Below are positions 49,269-58,542 of a stretch of 64,000 bases of DNA, piece after piece (position 1 is the first letter of the stretch; each line of letters opens with the position of its first letter). Both the position numbers and the translations under genes were made by a program. The stretch comes from Candidatus Woesebacteria bacterium (GTDB lineage: Bacteria; Patescibacteriota; Microgenomatia; UBA1400; UBA12028). A model generated the notes under the pieces. It made no database searches. It was not told where the DNA came from and was given only the letters and a program-made list of their open reading frames with translations. The stretch lies in NCBI GenBank assembly GCA_040006915.1, contig JBDTWD010000004.1, positions 65,033-129,032 of the forward strand, read 5' to 3'.

Positions 49269-49339
49269 GGCGCGGTACTAAAGCGGTTATAGAGAGGTCT
49301 GCAAAACCTTTTAGATGGGTTCGACTCCCATCCGCGCCT
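49269..49339 (+). tRNA. tRNA-Cys (anticodon GCA)
   Basis: Folded by hand. Acceptor GGCGCGG/CCGCGCC (7 bp) with discriminator U73. Anticodon stem GAGGT/ACCTT with loop CTGCAAA (anticodon GCA). T-arm ATGGG-TTCGACT-CCCAT. 3-bp D-stem with GG in the loop. CCA is not encoded. A TACAAT -10 lies at 49255-49260. Confidence 0.75.
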
Positions 49340-49362
49340 CAAAATCTATAGCATGCAATATT

Positions 49363-49800
49363 ATGATGAATGAACGATTTTCTCTTAGGGCAGCTGTTCA
49401 CTTACTGCTTATCAAGAATGGCAAACTGCTCTTACTGCGAAGATTCAACACCGGTTGGGAAGATGGCAAATATAGTTTGATTGCAGGACATGTCGACGGA
49501 AATGAAACTATCACTTTGGCGATGGTTAGAGAAGCAAAAGAGGAAGCTGGTATAACGATTGACCCGAAAGATCTACATGCAGTGCACGTCATGCATCGCA
49601 AATCGGATAAAGAATATATTGATTTTTACTTCATAGCAGACTCATGGGATGGCGATCCACATATTGTTGAGCCAGATAAGGCTGATGATATGTTGTGGGT
49701 CGATTTGAACGATATTCCCGAAAATATTCTCCCCCACATTCAAAATGTGATAGCAAATTATCAACAGAAAATATTTTTCTCTGAGTTTAATTGGATCTAA
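49363..49800 (+). CDS. NUDIX hydrolase
   Basis: Nudix box GHVDGNETITLAMVREAKEEAGI. The ORF-track start at 49315 overlaps the tRNA, so the start is set at ATG 49363 (MMNERF). Confidence 0.75.
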   Translation: MMNERFSLRAAVHLLLIKNGKLLLLRRFNTGWEDGKYSLIAGHVDGNETITLAMVREAKEEAGITIDPKDLHAVHVMHRKSDKEYIDFYFIADSWDGDPHIVEPDKADDMLWVDLNDIPENILPHIQNVIANYQQKIFFSEFNWI

Positions 49801-50117
49801 CTTGTTCTTTGTCCTTGAAATTGCAGCTCTTTGCTTCCCTATCCTCGTGAAGATCCTATCCATGCGATGATCACGAAATCTGACTGCAGCACTCGGGACT
49901 CTCAGAAAGGTCCACATGAATACTCCTGTCCTTCATCTTCACGTACTCTTATCCCTCCCTTACATACTTTTCATACAGAAAATCTTACAATAGTAACGAA
50001 GGTATTGTAGGGTTGTCACACCCCTTTGTTTCCTATATAGTATAGGATTCTTGAAATTCCACGAAAGAACCACTGTACTGATCACTTTCGTCTGGTTCTC
50101 CACTTTGAAATGAACGT

Positions 50118-52316
50118 ATGTCAAATCCTATAGTATCAGTTGTCATTCCTGTATATAACGAAGCCCGTACAATCTCAAGCCTTCTTTCCCGTTTAAACCA
50201 GACTCTGGTTAACAATCATGTAGAGTATGAAGTGATCATTATTGACGATCACTCTACTGATCAAACACTGGATATTCTTGAGCCATTGCGAAGCCTGTAT
50301 CCGCTTTCTGTCTACCAAAAAGCGACGAATGATATCAAAGGCAAAGGATATTCACTGCTTGCGGGCTTTAAACAATCCAAAGGTGAAATCATCGTCATGA
50401 TCGATGCGGATCTTCAATATCCACCAGAAGCTATTCCCTTGATGCTCGCCAGAATACAGTCTGGAGCAGATCTGGTTGTCGCCGATCGGACGACAAAAAA
50501 AACAACGCTTACTCGGCGCTTTACTGGATATGTTTTCCAAACAATCTTTGCCCAAATGCTTCATGGTATGAAAGTTGATACCCAGTCAGGCTTAAAAGCC
50601 TTTCGGAAAGAACTTCTCTCTCGGATTACCTTACAACCGCATCCTTTTTCCTTTGATCTAGAACTGGTGAGCAAAACCCAACAGGCTGGCTACACAATTG
50701 CGACGGTTCCGATTGTGTTTGAAAAACGCCAAGGAAAATCTCGATTAAATTTAGTTCACGCCAGTTACCAGATTGGTAAAAGAGCGCTATCACTCAAAGC
50801 TCAAAATCCAGAAGTATTTCCATTTTTGCCGGAAATGATCGCCAAAGAAGGACACGGGTTTCACTTTCAAGGGAATAAATACATTCCACATAACCGTCTC
50901 CCTTCACGTGAGACAGCCCTCTATCGGTTCGCTCGGAATCAAAAAGTATTCTTAGCCATCTTCGGACTTTTCTTAATTGTGAGTTTGTTTTTCTACTGGC
51001 ATACGACACTGACCGTGGTCATTGCGGTGCTCACAGTTTTATACTTTTCCGATTTGCTCTTTAACTTGTATTTAATTTACCGTGGGTTTACCAACCCTCC
51101 AGAGATTAAAGTCAGTGAAAGCGAAATTGCCGAGATTCCAGAAAGTTTGTGGCCTAGCTATACCATTTTTTGCCCTCTGTATAAAGAGCCTGAAGTTATT
51201 CCTCAATTTGTTCGGGCAATGAGTAATCTTGATTATCCCCAAGAGAAATTACAAATCATGTTGCTTTTAGAGGAAGACGATACAGAAACAATTCAGAAAG
51301 CTCGAAACATGATGCTGCCAGATTGTTTTGAAATTGTAGTCGTCCCTCATTCTTTGCCAAAGACCAAACCAAAAGCTTGTAATTACGGACTACTGCACGC
51401 ACGGGGCGAACTCTGTGTAATTTATGATGCGGAAGATGTTCCGGACCCAGATCAATTGAAAAAAGCCGCATTAGCTTTTCGCAAGAGTCCAAAAAACATT
51501 GCCTGTATCCAAGCCAGACTTAATTTCTACAACCCCCATCAGAATATTCTGACTCGAGCCTTTACTGCTGAATATTCACTGTGGTTTGATTTGGTCCTCA
51601 CAGGATTACAGTCTATCAATGCTCCTATCCCATTAGGAGGCACCTCTAATCACTTCAGAACCCAACAGCTACGAGACTTACATGGATGGGACGCATTCAA
51701 CGTCACAGAAGATTGTGATCTTGGCATCCGTTTGATCAAGCGTGGCTTTCATACCAGCGTGCTTGATTCGACAACCCTAGAAGAAGCCAACAGTGATCTA
51801 GCTAATTGGTTTAGTCAGCGCTCTCGTTGGATCAAAGGCTACATGCAGACCTATTTGGTGCATATGCGTAGGCCAGGTGAATTTATGAAGCAGTGGGATG
51901 AACCGCACGTCATTACCTTTCAGTTAGTCGTTGGCGGAAAAATTCTTTCGATGCTTATTAATCCCCTTATGTGGGTTTTAACGATCGCATATTTCTTGTT
52001 TCGACCAATTATTGGTCCAGCCATCGAATCGTTTTATCCTGCCGCGGTGTTATATATGGCGGTATTCTCGTTAGTTTTTGGAAACTTCTTGTATGCCTAT
52101 TACTACATGGTGGGATGTGCGAGACGCAATCATGATGAACTCATCAAATTTGTGTTCTTGGTCCCTCTCTATTGGTTAGCTATGAGCTTTGCTGCTTGGA
52201 AAGCTATTCGAGAGTTGATTGTCAGACCCCATCACTGGGCTAAAACCAAACATGGATTACATTTGACCAACAGAAAAGGTTTGGAACAAACCCAAGCATC
52301 GATTGGACTGGTATGA
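50118..52316 (+). CDS. Dual-domain glycosyltransferase: N-terminal DPM1-like GT2 fused to a C-terminal membrane-embedded processive GT2 (QxxRW)
   Basis: Residues 1-230 carry VSVVIPVYNEARTI...IIIDDHSTDQT...MIDADLQYPP (DPM1-like). TM helices follow. The second GT2 core carries CPLYKEPE, YDAEDVPDPDQL, TEDCDLG and QRSRWIKG (QxxRW), followed by C-terminal TM helices. Confidence 0.7.
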   Translation: MSNPIVSVVIPVYNEARTISSLLSRLNQTLVNNHVEYEVIIIDDHSTDQTLDILEPLRSLYPLSVYQKATNDIKGKGYSLLAGFKQSKGEIIVMIDADLQYPPEAIPLMLARIQSGADLVVADRTTKKTTLTRRFTGYVFQTIFAQMLHGMKVDTQSGLKAFRKELLSRITLQPHPFSFDLELVSKTQQAGYTIATVPIVFEKRQGKSRLNLVHASYQIGKRALSLKAQNPEVFPFLPEMIAKEGHGFHFQGNKYIPHNRLPSRETALYRFARNQKVFLAIFGLFLIVSLFFYWHTTLTVVIAVLTVLYFSDLLFNLYLIYRGFTNPPEIKVSESEIAEIPESLWPSYTIFCPLYKEPEVIPQFVRAMSNLDYPQEKLQIMLLLEEDDTETIQKARNMMLPDCFEIVVVPHSLPKTKPKACNYGLLHARGELCVIYDAEDVPDPDQLKKAALAFRKSPKNIACIQARLNFYNPHQNILTRAFTAEYSLWFDLVLTGLQSINAPIPLGGTSNHFRTQQLRDLHGWDAFNVTEDCDLGIRLIKRGFHTSVLDSTTLEEANSDLANWFSQRSRWIKGYMQTYLVHMRRPGEFMKQWDEPHVITFQLVVGGKILSMLINPLMWVLTIAYFLFRPIIGPAIESFYPAAVLYMAVFSLVFGNFLYAYYYMVGCARRNHDELIKFVFLVPLYWLAMSFAAWKAIRELIVRPHHWAKTKHGLHLTNRKGLEQTQASIGLV

Positions 52317-53554
52317 AAATTCCACGCAGACACATCATCAACGGTGGTTTTTTATTGGGAGCAGTCATTGGATCAAATTTTTTGAATTTTCTCTTTAATG
52401 CGCTTCTAGGACGCTGGCTTTCTTTTGCGGATTTTGGACTTGTAACATTGATCCTTACCTTTTATTCGATTTCCTCTATTTTTACAAACGCACTTGCTTC
52501 AACCATAAATTTTGCTATATCTAAGCTTGACCGAGACAATAGAAAGAAAGATCAACCTGAATTTTTACGTCAGGTCTTGCGAAAAAGTGTACTTCCGCTC
52601 GTTATTACATCAGCTCTCTGGGTTATTGCGACCCCTATTCTTATGGAATTTTTTCAAGTAAGTTCTCCCTTTCCCTTCTTGACGTTTATTCCCATAGTGA
52701 TTTTCTCGGTCTTTGTATACGCTCTTATTGGCTATTACCAGGGAAGACTAGAATTTTTCTCTACAAGCATTGTAATGTTGAGTGAACCAATTACAAAGGT
52801 GCTCAGCGGCGTAGCGTTAGCTATTCTCGGATTTGGAACTTTTGTATATACCTCGATTCCATTTTCTTTGTTAATAGCCGCCGTAGTTGGATTTTTTGTT
52901 AGATCTTTCCATCAAAGAAAAAAAATTGTAACGGAAAGAAGAGAACAACGTTTTCCGACGCAATTTTTTGTAACATCGTCGGTCATCGGAATTGGAAGCA
53001 CACTTTTTTTCACCGTTGATCTTTTACTTGTAAGACATTTCTTTAGCCCAGAATTAAGTGGTCAGTACTCTCTTATTTCTCTCATCGGGAAAATGATGTT
53101 CTTCTTCAGCATTCTCTTAAACATCTTTACTTTGCCTGTTGTTACTAGAAGTAAAGGCAAAGATAAAAAAAATCAACTTTTCTTGCTTCTTTTCAGTGGA
53201 ACATTCATTTTAGTTCTTTTTGCTTGGCTATCTTTAGGTGTTTTTGGAAATATTACAGTTCCACTATTATTAGGTCAAAAATCGCTTTCAATTCTTTCTG
53301 TGCTTCCAGTGTATTCACTTGGAATCGGACTTTATGCGCTTTCTAGTGTAATTGCTTCCTTTCACCTAGCTCATCAAGAATATATATTTAGCTACCCCCT
53401 GACAGGGGCAGGTGTTTTAGCTGGATTACTTATTTTAGTACGTCATTCAGACTTCTCACAGATTACTTATAACATCGCGTTTACATGTTTCTTACTTCTG
53501 ACCTGCTTAATACTGATGCACATCTTCTATAAAGGAAAAGAACAGAAACTTTAA
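52313..53554 (+). CDS. Polytopic membrane protein, putative Wzx/MOP-type flippase
   Basis: 413 aa with about 12 TM helices, ATGA-coupled to the dual GT2. The assignment rests on topology and context only. Confidence 0.45.
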   Translation: MKIPRRHIINGGFLLGAVIGSNFLNFLFNALLGRWLSFADFGLVTLILTFYSISSIFTNALASTINFAISKLDRDNRKKDQPEFLRQVLRKSVLPLVITSALWVIATPILMEFFQVSSPFPFLTFIPIVIFSVFVYALIGYYQGRLEFFSTSIVMLSEPITKVLSGVALAILGFGTFVYTSIPFSLLIAAVVGFFVRSFHQRKKIVTERREQRFPTQFFVTSSVIGIGSTLFFTVDLLLVRHFFSPELSGQYSLISLIGKMMFFFSILLNIFTLPVVTRSKGKDKKNQLFLLLFSGTFILVLFAWLSLGVFGNITVPLLLGQKSLSILSVLPVYSLGIGLYALSSVIASFHLAHQEYIFSYPLTGAGVLAGLLILVRHSDFSQITYNIAFTCFLLLTCLILMHIFYKGKEQKL

Positions 53555-53555
53555 A

Positions 53556-54500
53556 ATGATAATACAATCCATTAACAATCCCTCCAAACACAAAACTGTC
53601 ACAGTTGGCATCCCAGCTTTTAATGAAGAAAACAATATCGGGGAAATAATCACCAGAATCCTTTCACAAAAACAGGATGGGTTTGTTATTGAAAAAATAA
53701 TCATCGATTCTGATGGGAGTACGGACGGAACGGTTGGGATAGCGAATCAGTATGCCGATAAAGGTGTAGAGGTCATAGATGGAAAAACGAATAGAGGATG
53801 TAACTACAGGCAAAATGAGATCATTTCTAAAGCAACTTCAGACGCATTGGTTTTAATGAACTGTGATATTTTGCTGGGTAATAATAATGTTATTTCCGCT
53901 CTAGTTCAGCCAATACTAAATGGTGAAGCAGATCTGACAGCTCAATGGGCTAAACCCTTGCCACCACGTACTTTACTTGAGCAAATTTTGGTAGTTGGTT
54001 TCGATCTAAAATTTAATATATACACTCGACATAAAAATGGTGAAAATCTATATACATGTGTAGGACACATGAGGGCTTTATCAAAAAAGTTCTATTCTAA
54101 AATCCAATTTCCATTAGTCTCAGAAGGTGAAGATCAGTATCTATACTTAGCATGCAAAGCGAGCGGCTATAAATACAAACACGCGTTGAAAGCCCTTGCT
54201 TTCTTCAGACTTCCCAGCACGTGGAGCGATTATTTACCGTACGCTAAACGTATTTTTCAAACTCAAAAAAGACATCAGGATATTTTTGATGATGACCTTT
54301 TATCAGAAGAACGATTTTTGCCTCTGATCACTCAGATTAGAGGTTGTATTTCAGCCTTAATTAAACATCCACTACAAACACCTCTTTATATTTTATTGCA
54401 CACCGCAGTTCAGAGATGGGCTCTCATGCAGTCTGTAAACTTTGATCATACATATGAGATTTCAGTCAGCACAAAAGAACAACTATCTTCAGAAACTTAA
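53556..54500 (+). CDS. GT2 glycosyltransferase
   Basis: VTVGIPAFNEENNI...IIDSDGSTDGT...NCDILL DxD-type motifs. Confidence 0.7.
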   Translation: MIIQSINNPSKHKTVTVGIPAFNEENNIGEIITRILSQKQDGFVIEKIIIDSDGSTDGTVGIANQYADKGVEVIDGKTNRGCNYRQNEIISKATSDALVLMNCDILLGNNNVISALVQPILNGEADLTAQWAKPLPPRTLLEQILVVGFDLKFNIYTRHKNGENLYTCVGHMRALSKKFYSKIQFPLVSEGEDQYLYLACKASGYKYKHALKALAFFRLPSTWSDYLPYAKRIFQTQKRHQDIFDDDLLSEERFLPLITQIRGCISALIKHPLQTPLYILLHTAVQRWALMQSVNFDHTYEISVSTKEQLSSET

Positions 54501-54502
54501 AT

Positions 54503-55552
54503 ATGAACCGCACAGAAAATCTCAAGTCTTTGGAGAAACTGTTGTATGTGAATCTTAAAAAAGAGATCGGAAATAGCACCGTCGTTTTACTCGATGTACC
54601 GAACTACTATAATCCTGGAGACCAACTGATTTGGGAAGGTGAAGTCCAACTGCTTAAAAAACTTGATAAGCAAATACGATACACCGCGTCAGCCCTTTTC
54701 TTTAATCCCAGTGTCGTCTCAGATGAAGACTGTATTCTATTGCACGGTGGAGGGAACTTTGGAGATCTTTATCCTATGAATCAAAACTTTAGAGAAATGA
54801 TCGTCGAGAAATTTCCAAAAAATAAAATAATCGTGTTACCTGAAACAATTCATTTCTCGAACGAAAAACTGCTTAAAAAGTGTGCTAAATTATTTTCAAA
54901 AAACTCTAATGTTATCATCTGTGCCAGGGATAAAAAATCTTTTACCCTTCTCGAAAAACATTTTTTGAAGAGCAAACATTTACTACTTCCCGACATGGCA
55001 TTCTCTATTAAGAGTATTATTCCGGAAACAAAAAATCATCGACAAGAAAAAGTTCTCTTTTTATCTAGAACTGATGGTGAAATCAAAAAGAGCGTTGATA
55101 AAAACTCTTTGGGATTTATTAAAGAACTCGATATATCCGATTGGCCATCGTATCAGTATGGGGCTGTTGCGCTTTTGATTCGAATTTTTATTCGATATAT
55201 AAATAGAGCTCTTCTACAAGTGTTGAAGTTCCTTGGATTACATTGGAATAAAGAACACGATGCGCTGGGCCTTATTAAATATCATACAAAAGAAAGACAG
55301 ATTCAAAGCGGAATGAAGATGATTTCAGAATATAGGCTGGTTATTACCTCCAGATTACATGGACACATTCTCGCGTGCCTCATGGGTATACCCAATATCA
55401 TCTTGGATAATAGTTACGGGAAAAATAGGAATTTTTTTGAGACCTGGATGGTTCCAAATGCGTTTAACTCATACTACGCAGATTCTCCAGAAGCAGTGCG
55501 AAAAATTATTGCAGAAAAATTCCCTACTATTAAGATAGCACCTCATCAATGA
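54503..55552 (+). CDS. Polysaccharide pyruvyl transferase family protein (CsaB/WcaK-like)
   Basis: NYYNPGDQLIWEG...LLHGGGNFGD...IVLPETIHF pattern resembles PF04230. Confidence 0.5.
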   Translation: MNRTENLKSLEKLLYVNLKKEIGNSTVVLLDVPNYYNPGDQLIWEGEVQLLKKLDKQIRYTASALFFNPSVVSDEDCILLHGGGNFGDLYPMNQNFREMIVEKFPKNKIIVLPETIHFSNEKLLKKCAKLFSKNSNVIICARDKKSFTLLEKHFLKSKHLLLPDMAFSIKSIIPETKNHRQEKVLFLSRTDGEIKKSVDKNSLGFIKELDISDWPSYQYGAVALLIRIFIRYINRALLQVLKFLGLHWNKEHDALGLIKYHTKERQIQSGMKMISEYRLVITSRLHGHILACLMGIPNIILDNSYGKNRNFFETWMVPNAFNSYYADSPEAVRKIIAEKFPTIKIAPHQ

Positions 55553-56376
55553 AAGAAAAAACAAATAAAAAACTAGTTTCAATCTTAATATCGACATATA
55601 ATGACTCTCTCTTCATAAAAGAGACAATCAGTTCAGTCCAAAATCAAAAATACACGAATTGGGAACTAATTATTATTGATGACGCGTCGACGGATAATGC
55701 AGCCGAAATTATAAAAACTATTTCCGAACAAGATAAACGAATACTTTTCTATCAGAATAAAAGTAATAAAGGACTGATTGCCAACTTGAATCTTGGGGCG
55801 GAGATGGCGAAGGGTGAATATATTGCACGAATCGATGGTGATGATGTATGGGTCGATCGCGATAAAATCGGAAAACAAGTGAATCTTTTAGATGGAAATA
55901 AAGAATTGACACTGATCGGAACTTGGGCAAACAGAATCGATTCGATAGGAAATTTTTTAAGTACAGTGAAATATCCTATTGTTGAGGCTGATATACGAAA
56001 CTACTTGGCTATCGAAAATTGTTTTATCAACAGCAGCGTGATGTTTACGAAGAGTGCTTTTCAGCTGGCACACGGTTATGAAAAACAATTTCTTTACTGT
56101 GAGGACTACACTTTATGGCTAAAAATGGGGAACTTAGGAAAGCTAGCAAATATACCTGAATTCATGGTTAGTTATAGAATAAATCCGAATGGAATTAGTA
56201 ATACTAAATATCGAGCCCAAATTGAAAACACGATAAGGACTTTAAAAAAATATGGAACAGAATATCCAAATTACACCTATGGACTATTTCTTTGGTATAT
56301 AAGAAATGTTTTGCCAAAATCAATTAGAGAAAATCTGTCAAAGATTGTTAGAGAAACCTTATTCTTTGCAAAATAA
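55549..56376 (+). CDS. GT2 glycosyltransferase
   Basis: VSILISTYNDSLFIKETISSVQNQKYTNWELIIIDDASTDN...ARIDGDDVW are classic GT2 motifs. Confidence 0.8.
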   Translation: MKEKTNKKLVSILISTYNDSLFIKETISSVQNQKYTNWELIIIDDASTDNAAEIIKTISEQDKRILFYQNKSNKGLIANLNLGAEMAKGEYIARIDGDDVWVDRDKIGKQVNLLDGNKELTLIGTWANRIDSIGNFLSTVKYPIVEADIRNYLAIENCFINSSVMFTKSAFQLAHGYEKQFLYCEDYTLWLKMGNLGKLANIPEFMVSYRINPNGISNTKYRAQIENTIRTLKKYGTEYPNYTYGLFLWYIRNVLPKSIRENLSKIVRETLFFAK

Positions 56377-56390
56377 TTTTTATTAGCTCT

Positions 56391-56888
56391 ATGCTTCATG
56401 TTCTTCGTATTCTTCATATTAAAATGAATCAGGCGCTATATCACCTCCGTGGCGATTTTTGGCGTTTGTTTCTTCACTCGTGTGGCGAAAATGTAAAGAT
56501 CATGGATCGTGTCAGAATTAACACTCCAAAAAATATTTCTATTGGAAATAACATTTTTATCCATCACGACTCAGAACTAGATGCTTCTCGAGCAAAAATC
56601 ACAATTGGAAATGACGTTTCAATAGGAATGGGAGCTCTTATTTTGACCTTCAATCATATTTATTCTTCAAAAAAAATCCCTATTTCTAGGCAAGGTACGA
56701 TTGGAAAAGAGGTAAAAATAGAGAATAATGTTTGGATAGGTGCTCGATCGATTATTCTTTCAGGAGTCACCATTCATTCAGGGTCTATCATTGGTGCAGG
56801 TGCAGTGGTTACGAAAGACGTTGCACCGTATACTGTAGTAGGTGGTGTTCCCGCGAAATTTATTAAATCGAGACTATCAAGAAAATAA
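56391..56888 (+). CDS. Hexapeptide-repeat (left-handed beta-helix) acetyltransferase, WbbJ/LacA-like
   Basis: Repeated [LIV]G-x4 hexapeptides: ISIGNNIFI, VSIGMGALI, VWIGARSII, SIIGAGAVV, then VVGGVPAKFIK. Confidence 0.75.
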   Translation: MLHVLRILHIKMNQALYHLRGDFWRLFLHSCGENVKIMDRVRINTPKNISIGNNIFIHHDSELDASRAKITIGNDVSIGMGALILTFNHIYSSKKIPISRQGTIGKEVKIENNVWIGARSIILSGVTIHSGSIIGAGAVVTKDVAPYTVVGGVPAKFIKSRLSRK

Positions 56889-56898
56889 AACTGAAAAT

Positions 56899-58506
56899 AT
56901 GTTTAATGATTACCTGAAAAGAATGAAAGCGAACGAATATACCCTTCCGGTGATGATTTTTTTGTGCATCCTAAGTTTTAGCGCGCTCAACTTCTATTTC
57001 AGCAGACATTTGAACCTCCCATATGCTGACTCCATATCACGTCTTGATATCGCAAGAAAAGTTATCGACAATATTAATCCTGGACTGGCTCAGCTTGGAA
57101 GCGTGTGGTTACCGTTACCCCAACTTCTCATGTTGCCTTTTATCTGGAATGATTACATGTGGCATAGTGGACTCGCTGGGGCTTTGATGTCCATGCCAGC
57201 ATTTATCATAGGTGGATACTATCTCTACAAATCTGCATATCTCATTAGTAAGTCTTTTGTCCCCTCTTTCTTTGCTCTTTGTATTTACGCTCTAAATATA
57301 AACGCACTCTATCTCCAAACGACGGCTATGTCTGAATCTTTATTTCTTTGTTTCATGGCCGCAGTAGTTTATTACTTTTTAAAGTGGGTCAATACGAACC
57401 AAAGACGTTACCTCTTATTTGCTGGTATTGCTGTAACAGGTGTGACCTTAATTCGCTATGAAGGTCTAGCCTTACTACTAGCATCAACTGCTATGGTCGC
57501 TCTCTATATGGTAGCTACCTATAAAAAATATAAAAAGATTGAAGGAACGCTAATCCTCTACTGTTGCATAGCTTTTTTTGGCTTTGCTCTATGGACACTT
57601 TATCTGACGGCAATTTTTGGCGACCCACTTTTCTGGCTTAAATTTTACGCATCGGCAGAGAAAACAGTCGACACAAATACTTCAACAGTGGTGGCACACT
57701 ATTCCCAAGCAAAACCATTCATGGCAGCTGTCTGGCAATATTTCACTTCTGTCACTTGGATGTCGGGGATCATTCCTATAATTTATTCAATCTTTGGATT
57801 AATAATAGGGACTATTATCTCCATTCAAAAAAGATCGTGGAATATTATTGTCTTACTTCTGCCTTTCTCTATTTTTTTACTTATGGTTCTCACTCTTCAG
57901 CGCAATACTCCAATTGTTCAACCAGATCTAACTGTTGCTAATATTCTTTCTACAACAACTAGTCTCGAAACTGGATTTAATATCCGTTACGGGATAATGC
58001 TTCTTCCCTGGGTGGCTCTCCTTACAGTTTACGTATTTAATCTCAAAAAACCGTGGTATATCCCAACAATATTATTTTTTGTTTTATTCAGCTTTCAGAT
58101 CTACAACACATATTTTCCGGAGGTGACTGCAATTTATGAAGTCACCAAAGGAATGAAACCCAAACCCGACCAGGAGATGGTGAACTGGATGAAGAAAAAT
58201 TATGACGGTGGCTATATCATGATGAGTGCTTCAGGCTTTGAGGATCAAATGTTTACATTAGGTTTTCCCTATCGCACGTATATCCATGATGGGGCTGGAA
58301 AGTACTGGACAGAGGCATTGGACAGGCCCGCACGATATGCTAACTGGATCATTATTGATTTCAATCGACCTTCAGACACACTAGCTAAAATATTAAAGGA
58401 TAAAAAGTATTGGTCTTGGGACTATAACCTTGTGTGGGATGAAAAGGGGAGTAGTGTTAAAATATATAAGATCAAAAATCGACCCGATATCATTATCCCC
58501 AATTAA
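56899..58506 (+). CDS. GT-C glycosyltransferase, PMT/ArnT-like
   Basis: About 535 aa polytopic membrane protein with a C-terminal soluble domain and a first-loop acidic region. It ends the glycan operon. Confidence 0.55.
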   Translation: MFNDYLKRMKANEYTLPVMIFLCILSFSALNFYFSRHLNLPYADSISRLDIARKVIDNINPGLAQLGSVWLPLPQLLMLPFIWNDYMWHSGLAGALMSMPAFIIGGYYLYKSAYLISKSFVPSFFALCIYALNINALYLQTTAMSESLFLCFMAAVVYYFLKWVNTNQRRYLLFAGIAVTGVTLIRYEGLALLLASTAMVALYMVATYKKYKKIEGTLILYCCIAFFGFALWTLYLTAIFGDPLFWLKFYASAEKTVDTNTSTVVAHYSQAKPFMAAVWQYFTSVTWMSGIIPIIYSIFGLIIGTIISIQKRSWNIIVLLLPFSIFLLMVLTLQRNTPIVQPDLTVANILSTTTSLETGFNIRYGIMLLPWVALLTVYVFNLKKPWYIPTILFFVLFSFQIYNTYFPEVTAIYEVTKGMKPKPDQEMVNWMKKNYDGGYIMMSASGFEDQMFTLGFPYRTYIHDGAGKYWTEALDRPARYANWIIIDFNRPSDTLAKILKDKKYWSWDYNLVWDEKGSSVKIYKIKNRPDIIIPN

Positions 58507-58542
58507 ATAAAGTCGTTAATACAGATGGTACACTGACTATTA

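Noticed and set aside
49315-49362. N-terminal 16 codons of the ORF-track NUDIX ORF
   Set aside because: This stretch overlaps the 3' half of the hand-folded tRNA-Cys. ATG 49363 gives a normal NUDIX N-terminus.
49860-49930. Possible SRP (4.5S) RNA-like AGGUCC motif in the 317-nt gap
   Set aside because: Only a hexamer match (cagaaAGGTCCacatg). The flanks do not fit the conserved domain-IV GGAAGGAAGCAGC pattern on either strand.
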